This document shows, piece after piece, positions 18,214-25,408 of a DNA stretch of 32,866 nt. Each line of letters begins with the position of its first letter. Within the stretch, counting starts at the first letter, position 1. The notes below the pieces were generated by a model. That model saw only the letters and a list, made by a program, of their open reading frames with translations, was not told the DNA's origin and did not search any database. This DNA is from a virus, in the IMG/VR virus record IMGVR_UViG_3300025706_000016. The stretch is one strand, 5' to 3'. Both the position numbers and the translations under genes were made by a program.

Positions 18214-19730
18214 GAGAAATAACATCACCTTCTTTACATGATGACTACTGGTTCAATGATGTTGAAATATTCAATAGATTAAAATATGGAATAGATAGAA
18301 TAGAGTTAGAAGTAGATAGTGGAAATCTTAAAATAAAAGAGAATAGTGTTTATGACTCAAACGGTATAGTTTATACTATTGATTCAGACACTACTATTGA
18401 TTCTATATCATATACTGCAGGGCATTATTATTTTGTTAGAACTGACGAAGATGATTTAACTCTATTGGATGTTACTTCTATTCCAGATTATGCATATGAC
18501 CCTGTAAGAAAAGGTATTTATTCTCCACTAAATGAAAAATATCTTGCACAGATTTATTATGATAATGGAACCTGGTTATTCTCTTATATGGCACCCGGTC
18601 AGATAAATCATATGCAAGATTATAAACTTAATGGAAAGAGTTTTACTACTGGATTAAAGGATTTTATAAGAGATAGCTCAAGATTAAACTTTAGACAGCT
18701 TGGTGTTTCATCAATGGTTAAATCTAAAATAGCAGTTGGTAATGGCTGGATTGTAACTGGTGGATATAGTCAGAATGCTTCTTCTGTAAATAAAGGAAGA
18801 ATATTTAGAACACAAACAGGATTTAGTTGGGAAGAAATAACTTCACCTACAGATGGAGCTTTAACTGGTGATGAAATGTGGAAACTTGCATATTATAAAT
18901 CTATAGGTGGAACACCTGCATTCTATTTAGTATGTGAAAACTTAGGTGGGACGGCAGGAACTATTGGTATTATTCGTTCAACTAATAATGGTTCAACTTG
19001 GTCATTAGTTTATTCTGGTGCATCTTTAGGAACAGCTGGTAATATAGGTTGGTTCAATAATAGATTGATATTATATGGACCATACAATGGCTCTTCTAAG
19101 CAGGTTGTTATTCATTCAACAAATGGAACAAGCTGGACAGCAACTGATACTGGTTTATCATCTGCTTATAGATTTCAAGGTTTAGCTTATGGTGCTGGTA
19201 AGTATGTAGCTTACTTGAAGAATAGTGCTTCTCCTTATCAACAATATAGTTATACATCAACTGATTTATCCACTTGGAGCAGTGCTAATCTTATAGTAAA
19301 TGGAAGAGCAGCTGGTTCATCTCAATATAACTTGTTAGATTATTATAATGGAACATTTGTAGCTGCTTGTGAAGGAACAACATCTTTATCCTATCTTGCA
19401 ACATCAACAAATGGAACATCTTGGACATTAAGAGGTTTCTATTCTACAGATATGGAAACAGCAAAGGTATATAACCTTGATGATTGTTTCTATATTACAA
19501 CTTATTATGGAAACTATACAAGCAAAGATGGAGTTATAGTAAGACCAGCTTCAGGCATGCCTTGGAGTAATACGGATTTATATTATTATGCAAACAAGTA
19601 TTATACTGATGATAAATGTTTTATTACATCATTGGAAAATACTGGTGTAAGTGGAACTCCTATTCAAGGAGCATATATCTCTTCATCTTTTTACACAATC
19701 AAATATATTGAAGCATATGAGGCACTATAA
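18210..19730 (+). CDS. BNR/Asp-box repeat beta-propeller tail protein, paralog 2
   Basis: RSTNNGSTWSL, HSTNGTSWTA, TSTDLSTWSS, TSTNGTSWTL. ATGA overlap with paralog 1. Confidence 0.7.
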   Translation: MREITSPSLHDDYWFNDVEIFNRLKYGIDRIELEVDSGNLKIKENSVYDSNGIVYTIDSDTTIDSISYTAGHYYFVRTDEDDLTLLDVTSIPDYAYDPVRKGIYSPLNEKYLAQIYYDNGTWLFSYMAPGQINHMQDYKLNGKSFTTGLKDFIRDSSRLNFRQLGVSSMVKSKIAVGNGWIVTGGYSQNASSVNKGRIFRTQTGFSWEEITSPTDGALTGDEMWKLAYYKSIGGTPAFYLVCENLGGTAGTIGIIRSTNNGSTWSLVYSGASLGTAGNIGWFNNRLILYGPYNGSSKQVVIHSTNGTSWTATDTGLSSAYRFQGLAYGAGKYVAYLKNSASPYQQYSYTSTDLSTWSSANLIVNGRAAGSSQYNLLDYYNGTFVAACEGTTSLSYLATSTNGTSWTLRGFYSTDMETAKVYNLDDCFYITTYYGNYTSKDGVIVRPASGMPWSNTDLYYYANKYYTDDKCFITSLENTGVSGTPIQGAYISSSFYTIKYIEAYEAL

Positions 19731-21178
19731 TGAATAGAATAGAAAATAAAACTTCTGGTGAATATACATCAGAAAAATCATCTCTCGATAAGCTTAAAAA
19801 TCTCCCCTATATAAACATAACAGTTGTTGATAATGCTGTTATTGTTTCACCAGGAAGTATGTTTAATATCGGTGCAAGTGTTTATGCTCAAGATACAGTT
19901 TATGCTGTTGGTGCTTATGATGAAGGAAAATATGTAGTTGTTTCATCATCAGGTTTTGCAATAGAAACAGCAACTCCAGTTTGGTCTGATATCTATTCTG
20001 GATTTTATTCCTCTGGTAAAAGAGTATTAGCCAAGTTAGTGGATGACCAAGCTTTATTACTTGATGAAAATAACTATACGAGCGGTGTTGGTATGAAGAT
20101 TTTCAATGATTCTATTTTTGATTATTGTAAAAATCTTTATGAGTATTATGATGTTATTCCTAAATGCACAAATCAGGATACAACTGCCCAAGGAGTATTT
20201 AGAACTGTTATATGGACAGGAACTTATTATGTTGGAGCTGGAAGCAAAGCAAAAACATCAACTGGTGCAACAACGGATTTAGAAGAGGGAATAGCATACT
20301 CAACAGATTTAATAAACTGGACTTGGTGCTCTATACCAAATAAATCTTCAACTTATGCATTTATTTATGCAATAGATACAGATGGAAATGGAAACCTGAT
20401 AGCAGCAAACAATAAAACATCAACAGACCATAGAGTTTGGAAATCAACTAATCATGGAGTTACTTGGTCAGATATAACATCAACTGTTGGAGCTGCAGCA
20501 ACTCAACAAGTAGATAATGTGACTTATGCTAATGGTTATTTCTTTATATTAGGTGGAGAATCAAGCTGTATTTTCTATTCATCTAATCTTACATCTTGGA
20601 CAAAAGTAGCTCCTGGTATGAGAGCACAAGGTATAGCTTATGGTGCTTCAACTTATGTTATATCTGGTTCAACTACTATTTACTCCTCATCTAATCTTTC
20701 ATCTTGGACTTTAAGATTGACAGTTACAAGTGGTTCATTAAACAATACAAGATTTATAAACAATACTTTTGTTACATTTGGTGCTACATCTACTGAAAGA
20801 GCAATATGGACATCAACTAATGGAACATCATTCACAGAAAATAGTGCATCTAATGCTCCAGTAGAGTTTGCAACTTGGTCTGCTTCAAGTCATGCATTTA
20901 GAGATGGAGTTTATTATGATGGTAAGTGGTGGATAATAGCAAGAGGACAAGAACTTAGAATATCAACAACAGTGACTGGAAACTATTGGTCTAAACCTTG
21001 GATTACACAAAACTGGAAAGCATATAACGATTCAAGCTATTGGCATAACTTTGATACTATAAATGAATGCAATGGAAATATAGTTATTGGATTCTATCCA
21101 CAATCATCAATGTTAAAATATGGTTATTCATATGCTGTGATTCCAAAAACAAGATTTGAAAATATCACTGATTTTTAA
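19730..21178 (+). CDS. BNR/Asp-box repeat beta-propeller tail protein, paralog 3
   Basis: YSTDLINWTW, KSTNHGVTWSD, YSSNLTSWTK, YSSSNLSSWTL, TSTNGTSFTE. TAATG overlap with paralog 2. Confidence 0.7.
   Translation: MNRIENKTSGEYTSEKSSLDKLKNLPYINITVVDNAVIVSPGSMFNIGASVYAQDTVYAVGAYDEGKYVVVSSSGFAIETATPVWSDIYSGFYSSGKRVLAKLVDDQALLLDENNYTSGVGMKIFNDSIFDYCKNLYEYYDVIPKCTNQDTTAQGVFRTVIWTGTYYVGAGSKAKTSTGATTDLEEGIAYSTDLINWTWCSIPNKSSTYAFIYAIDTDGNGNLIAANNKTSTDHRVWKSTNHGVTWSDITSTVGAAATQQVDNVTYANGYFFILGGESSCIFYSSNLTSWTKVAPGMRAQGIAYGASTYVISGSTTIYSSSNLSSWTLRLTVTSGSLNNTRFINNTFVTFGATSTERAIWTSTNGTSFTENSASNAPVEFATWSASSHAFRDGVYYDGKWWIIARGQELRISTTVTGNYWSKPWITQNWKAYNDSSYWHNFDTINECNGNIVIGFYPQSSMLKYGYSYAVIPKTRFENITDF
20681..20721 (+). 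repeat. 41-bp block identical to 17683-17723 (paralog 3 copy)
   Basis: The same 41-mer. Flanking DNA diverges immediately on both sides. Confidence 0.9.
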
Positions 21179-21187
21179 GAGGATAAT

Positions 21188-22999
21188 ATGGAAGTAATAA
21201 GCAGAAAACATGTTCTCGTAGAAATAGACAAAGGTATAACTTTCTTTCCAGGTTCAGTCACTTGGGTCTCTTATTCCTTAGGAACCTATATGATTACATA
21301 CTCCAACTACAAGGACTATCGCTCTTTTGAATATGGTTTAGGAGCATGGGGTGTTTATGATTATGGTTATACAGGAGCAGCTGAGTTAGTGGAAGCTTGT
21401 CAAGGCAGAGAACCAGTATTAAGAATAGGAACTGTCTTAGTTGATTTAATAAACTATACAAAGGTTGATTCAATAGCTGAATGCGAAGCATTAGAAAAAA
21501 CATTCTATTTCGATCCTTCAACACAAATCTTATATACTCACTTTGATGATAACAATCCACCATGGGTTTATGAATCAATAACAGTAGGTGCTACAAAGGG
21601 ATTTGCCAAATACGAAGGTTATTATGATGATATCTTTTATGAAGCAAAAATAGCATCTATCCCATCAGTTAAACTAACAAAAGACAGTCAATACTTTGGT
21701 GTTCTTTCTTATGATAAAGCAACAATCCAACTATTGAACAAGAATGGAGAGTTTGACCACTTTAATGAAGGAAACTATTATGGACAACAGCTAAAAATCC
21801 TTACTTCTGATTATCCAGAATATAATACTTTTGATGCTGTCTATTCTGGATTTATCGAATCATTCTCTATTGATGCTGACTTTATATCTATAACTGCAAG
21901 AGATATTCGTAAAACATTGGACCAAAAAATACCTTATTTGGTCTTTTCTAAAACTGATTATCCAAACTTGTCAGATGATTATGTTGGAAAGCCATTTCCA
22001 CTTTGTTATGGCTCTTGCAAGAAAGTTCCTTGCACACCATTAGATGGTAGAGATGGACAAGCAAACTATACATTCAAGATAGCAGATACTTCACGTTATT
22101 CATTGACTTCTTGTTCAGCTGTTTATGTAGAAAACAATCCCGTCACTTTTTCCTCTTTTAGTGCAGCTAATGGAACATTCTCTCTATCCTCTTCAGTTTA
22201 TAAAACAGGAAGTATTGTAACTGCTGATGTTGTTGGATATAACATAACTAATCCATTAGAGATACTTGAAGACATCTTTCTTGAATATTTTGATAAACCA
22301 TTAGATGATGTTTATTATGATTTAACTCAATGGGAGGCAGTAAGAGATTCGGGGCTTCCACCTATAAATCTATTCGTAAGTGATTTTACATCAACTTCCG
22401 ATTTAATAAACTTGATTGCAGCATCTATTCAAGGTTTGTTTATGATTGATAGCTATGGAAGATTTACATTCAAACTACAAGATAGAAGCGCTGCCTCAGT
22501 TAAAACTATCTATGCAAGTGAGCTGATAGAAAAACCAGCAGTAGATTACATATCTGATGAACTATTATCCTCCGTTCGTATTGGATATAATAAGAAATGG
22601 AGTCAAGAGTTAGGATATACTTGGTATTTGAATCGTGATGATGAAGTAGAAATAAGCGCTAACTATAGAAAGAAAGTAATCAAAGATTATGAAACATTAC
22701 TATCAACAGAAGAAGATGCTATTGCCCTATCAGAACAAGTTATGGAAAGCTTTGGAGGAATATTCGGAACCTATACCTTCAAAACTAAAATCCACCATTA
22801 TGATTTAGATATATTAGATAATATAGATATAGAGCTTTATATTTTTGATAATGGAACTTATGGAAAAGTAAAACTTGAAATCATTGGAATAGATTATGAC
22901 TATTTTAATAATGAAATAACCTTTCAGGGTAGATGGATAGAGGATGTGGATGCTAATATTTCTCAAGCTAAGCTTATTCGTTCATATAGAAAGCTGTAA
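21188..22999 (+). CDS. Tail tip / baseplate hub-like protein (gpJ/Tal-like)
   Basis: 603 aa, the last gene of the tail operon, followed by a strong terminator. The assignment is positional. Confidence 0.45.
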   Translation: MEVISRKHVLVEIDKGITFFPGSVTWVSYSLGTYMITYSNYKDYRSFEYGLGAWGVYDYGYTGAAELVEACQGREPVLRIGTVLVDLINYTKVDSIAECEALEKTFYFDPSTQILYTHFDDNNPPWVYESITVGATKGFAKYEGYYDDIFYEAKIASIPSVKLTKDSQYFGVLSYDKATIQLLNKNGEFDHFNEGNYYGQQLKILTSDYPEYNTFDAVYSGFIESFSIDADFISITARDIRKTLDQKIPYLVFSKTDYPNLSDDYVGKPFPLCYGSCKKVPCTPLDGRDGQANYTFKIADTSRYSLTSCSAVYVENNPVTFSSFSAANGTFSLSSSVYKTGSIVTADVVGYNITNPLEILEDIFLEYFDKPLDDVYYDLTQWEAVRDSGLPPINLFVSDFTSTSDLINLIAASIQGLFMIDSYGRFTFKLQDRSAASVKTIYASELIEKPAVDYISDELLSSVRIGYNKKWSQELGYTWYLNRDDEVEISANYRKKVIKDYETLLSTEEDAIALSEQVMESFGGIFGTYTFKTKIHHYDLDILDNIDIELYIFDNGTYGKVKLEIIGIDYDYFNNEITFQGRWIEDVDANISQAKLIRSYRKL

Positions 23000-23046
23000 G
23001 ATATAGTAGGTATTCTTGATCCATTGAATACCTCTCTAAAGTAGTA

Positions 23047-23078
23047 GGGCTCTTGCCGTTGGCAAGGGCTCTTTTTTT
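23047..23078 (+). terminator. Rho-independent terminator ending the structural operon
   Basis: gggctcttgcc-gtt-ggcaagggctc forms an 11-bp stem with 2 G-U pairs, followed by ttttttt. Confidence 0.85.
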
Positions 23079-23079
23079 A

Positions 23080-23107
23080 TTTAGAGGAGAGAAGAATAAC
23101 TTATAAT
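23080..23107 (+). promoter_or_regulatory. Sigma-70-type promoter, TTTAGA-N16-TATAAT
   Basis: -35 tttaga at 23080-23085 and -10 tataat at 23102-23107. The architecture is repeated at 23562 and 23777. Confidence 0.55.
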
Positions 23108-23135
23108 GTTTTCATACCAGATGAAGGAGTATTCA

Positions 23136-23348
23136 ATGACTACAAGAACTGATTTTGGTGATAGTTGCTCAGTCAAGCACATAGTCAAGAACATTCTGAT
23201 TTTGATTGCTATTATTGGTGGTGGAGCTTTTCTGATTGCTCATCCTATTTTCCTTGTTGCCCTTTCTTTGATTGGTGTTTTTATGTGGCTTAAGCCGTTC
23301 ATTCCCATTGCCATTATCGTTGGCATAGTTCTTGTTATTCTATTTTAA
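23136..23348 (+). CDS. Small membrane protein with 2-3 TM segments; holin candidate
   Basis: AAGGAG lies 6 nt before ATG 23136, preferred over the track start 23106. Hydrophobic segments: ILILIAIIGGGAFLIA, IFLVALSLIGVFMWL, IPIAIIVGIVLVILF. Confidence 0.6.
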   Translation: MTTRTDFGDSCSVKHIVKNILILIAIIGGGAFLIAHPIFLVALSLIGVFMWLKPFIPIAIIVGIVLVILF

Positions 23349-23357
23349 GGAGCAACT

Positions 23358-23558
23358 ATGATTACTAAAACTTATCGTGGCAAGTTTCATTCCAGGAGTT
23401 TGCGTTATCTTGAAATCAATCAGAATGTTCAGCGTGTTGTTCGCTATCCAGATAAAGTGACTATCATCTTTGATAACAGCTTTGAGCAAGAAGCTGATGG
23501 TATTATGGCTCGTGCAAAATATGTGGATAGCATAAAAAAAGTTGAAGAAGTTAGATAA
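23358..23558 (+). CDS. Hypothetical protein (66 aa)
   Basis: AAGGAG RBS. Confidence 0.6.
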   Translation: MITKTYRGKFHSRSLRYLEINQNVQRVVRYPDKVTIIFDNSFEQEADGIMARAKYVDSIKKVEEVR

Positions 23559-23561
23559 CAT

Positions 23562-23589
23562 TTTAGAGAGTAAAGTTTTGTGTTAGAAT
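23562..23589 (+). promoter_or_regulatory. Promoter TTTAGA-N16-TAGAAT with extended -10 (TGT)
   Basis: -35 at 23562-23567 and -10 at 23584-23589, preceded by tgt. The downstream leader caagatt.aatggagg is shared with the copy at 23777. Confidence 0.55.
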
Positions 23590-23610
23590 CAAGATTAAAT
23601 GGAGGTATGT

Positions 23611-23781
23611 ATGGATGATCATGTGTTTTCTTTTAAGATTACGAGAGAGAAGTATAACGCCATAACTGGTATGGAAATCTCTCAAGAGGATTGGGAGGAA
23701 CTTGTAGAAAATACCTCTAACTCAGTTTTGGATTATCTTGAAAGAGACATTTGTGAGTGGATTAGTGAAATAGAGTTTTAG
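23611..23781 (+). CDS. Small, highly acidic protein (56 aa)
   Basis: GGAGG at 23601-23605 lies 5 nt before ATG 23611; the track start 23599 lacks an RBS. 15 of 56 residues are Asp or Glu. Confidence 0.6.
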   Translation: MDDHVFSFKITREKYNAITGMEISQEDWEELVENTSNSVLDYLERDICEWISEIEF

Positions 23782-23804
23782 AGATTTTATTTGTATGTTA
23801 GAAT
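23777..23804 (+). promoter_or_regulatory. Promoter TTTAGA-N16-TAGAAT with extended -10 (TGT)
   Basis: -35 at 23777-23782 and -10 at 23799-23804. Confidence 0.55.
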
Positions 23805-23834
23805 GATCCTATCAAGATTTGATGGAGGGTGTAG

Positions 23835-24221
23835 ATGAGCAAAACAAAGATGATGAAAAGGGCTGCCAAGTTTAGCAACTGTAAGCAGGAATATAAGTTC
23901 GATCCTGAATATAATGCCCACATCTACACTGTTTCCAAAACAAACGAAACTTATGCATTTTATTTTGGTTTTCACAATGGTGGGTTTTTCTGCTCTTTGA
24001 CTGGTGTAAAAAACAAGCTTTGTGTTCCTCATATAGATTTTGTTGATAACCCCATGGGATACAGCATTGAGAATCGCACTTTTGTAAATGAAAAAGAGTG
24101 GGTTATCAAGATTTCAAATCATTATATAACTTCAGACACTGCTTATGCTGATATTCTTTCTCTTGGTTCAGAGATTTTTAATCTCTGCCAGAAAGCTATG
24201 GAGGAAAAGCGTGGTAAGTAA
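23835..24221 (+). CDS. Hypothetical protein (128 aa)
   Basis: GGAGGG RBS. Confidence 0.65.
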   Translation: MSKTKMMKRAAKFSNCKQEYKFDPEYNAHIYTVSKTNETYAFYFGFHNGGFFCSLTGVKNKLCVPHIDFVDNPMGYSIENRTFVNEKEWVIKISNHYITSDTAYADILSLGSEIFNLCQKAMEEKRGK

Positions 24222-24594
24222 AGAAACTCGGGATGCTCGCAAGAAACAAACTGCTGAGTTTTTCACACCTCCTATACTTGTAAATAAAATGTTAGACAAG
24301 TTTAATCCTGATTCTTGGCAAGAAGAAAAGACATTCTGCGATCCATCTGCGGGCAATGGAAACTTTCTTGTAGAAGTGTATCGGCGGAAAGTAGAGGTGT
24401 ATAAGCACTCTCCTATAAAAGCACTTACAACCATCTATGGTGTGGAACTTATGCCTGATAATGTTCAAGAAATGAAAGATCGTCTTCTTGAGATGGCAAT
24501 AAGTTATGGTGTAAATAAAAATATTGCTATGATGATTTTGAATAAGAACATTGTCTGTCATGACGCTCTCACATATGATTTTACTTTTTCATAA
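24211..24594 (+). CDS. N-terminal (AdoMet-binding) half of a gamma-class N6-adenine DNA methyltransferase, lacking catalytic motif IV
   Basis: GGAGGA at 24200-24205 lies 5 nt before GTG 24211. Motif X-like AEFFTPP, motif I DPSAGNGNFL, motif II/III-like IYGVELMPDNV. The ORF stops after IVCHDALTYDFTFS, where NPPY would normally follow. Confidence 0.6.
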   Translation: MVSKETRDARKKQTAEFFTPPILVNKMLDKFNPDSWQEEKTFCDPSAGNGNFLVEVYRRKVEVYKHSPIKALTTIYGVELMPDNVQEMKDRLLEMAISYGVNKNIAMMILNKNIVCHDALTYDFTFS

Positions 24595-24625
24595 CTTTTT
24601 TATTAAAATACAAGCATATTTAATA

Positions 24626-24750
24626 GTGGAAGGGGGTGAGGCAAGGTAAGGAACGGAGGTGTAAGGCATGGATTGGCAGTCACGGAGTGTTAAGTTTTGG
24701 AGAGGAGCTGGTGCGGAGTGGCAGTCGTGGATGGGAAGGGCAGGTTTGGG
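24626..24750 (+). other. G-rich, GGA-dense tract (upstream element)
   Basis: Hand count over 125 nt: G 61, A 28, T 25, C 11. Ten GGA triplets between 24628 and 24736. Shares the heptamers GGAAGGG, GGTGAGG and GGTAAGG with 25409-25470. Confidence 0.5.
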
Positions 24751-24779
24751 TTCTAAAAATCTTATACAAGGAGTTATTT

Positions 24780-25370
24780 ATGGCTAAAGAAATCACATTA
24801 AAGACACTTGACATTCAACGGCTTAGTTTTAAGATTGTGGGTGATTCACCACTTATTATGAATCGTTTTGATGAAAAAGCAAAACGGGAAATGCTTGAAA
24901 AGCAACAGAAGAAGGCAAAGGGAGCCAAGGAAATCAGAGATCCAGAAGCAGAAGTGCAGAAATCCCTTTATTTTCTTCCAAATGACCAAGTAGCTTTCCC
25001 AGCAGATGCAGTCAAGCTTTCAATGATTCGTGGTGCAAAATCACTGGGCATGGTCATGTCAGATGCTCGTGGTGCTTTCTTTGTTGAAGGGATTTATTCA
25101 GAGAAAGATGGACGAGACCTCATTCCAGTTGAAGGCGTCGTTCAAGCCCGGGAAGATGTAGTTAAAATCGGAATGGGGACAAGCATGCTTCGTTATCGTG
25201 GTCAAGTAGCCAACTGGAGTATGACCATCAACATCCGTTTCAATGCTTCTGTGATTTCTGCTGAACAACTTGCATCCATGTTGTCTGCCGCAGGTTTTGG
25301 ATGTGGCATTGGTGAATGGAGACCAGAACGAGACGGATCATTCGGCATGTTCCACATTGACACCAACTGA
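24780..25370 (+). CDS. Hypothetical 196-aa protein with foreign codon usage; weak RAMP/Cas7-like motif resemblance
   Basis: AAGGAG lies 6 nt before ATG 24780. 11 of 13 Arg codons are CGN, against AGA in the structural genes. Motifs: FPADAVKLSMIRGA and the C-terminal Gly-rich GFGCGIGEWRPERDGSFGMF. Confidence 0.75.
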   Translation: MAKEITLKTLDIQRLSFKIVGDSPLIMNRFDEKAKREMLEKQQKKAKGAKEIRDPEAEVQKSLYFLPNDQVAFPADAVKLSMIRGAKSLGMVMSDARGAFFVEGIYSEKDGRDLIPVEGVVQAREDVVKIGMGTSMLRYRGQVANWSMTINIRFNASVISAEQLASMLSAAGFGCGIGEWRPERDGSFGMFHIDTN

Positions 25371-25375
25371 TTTAT

Positions 25376-25401
25376 ATGGGGGCTTTAAGCCCCCATGTTT
25401 T
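25376..25401 (+). terminator. Hairpin terminator
   Basis: atgggggc-tttaa-gcccccat followed by gtttt. 20 of 21 positions are identical to the capsid-gene terminator at 6002-6022. Confidence 0.75.
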
Positions 25402-25408
25402 ATGATAT

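Noticed and set aside
16753-21178. Diversity-generating retroelement targeting the repeated tail proteins
   Set aside because: There is no reverse transcriptase ORF anywhere in the genome. I found no template/variable repeat pair with adenine-specific mismatches. The only long identical block (41 bp) is perfect.
24636-24779. 48-codon N-terminal extension of CDS 24780-25370 from GTG 24636
   Set aside because: T-poor, G-rich sequence lacks stop codons by composition, so an open frame is expected. A consensus AAGGAG sits 6 nt before ATG 24780, and none precedes GTG 24636. The extension is kept as an alternative that proteomics could revive.
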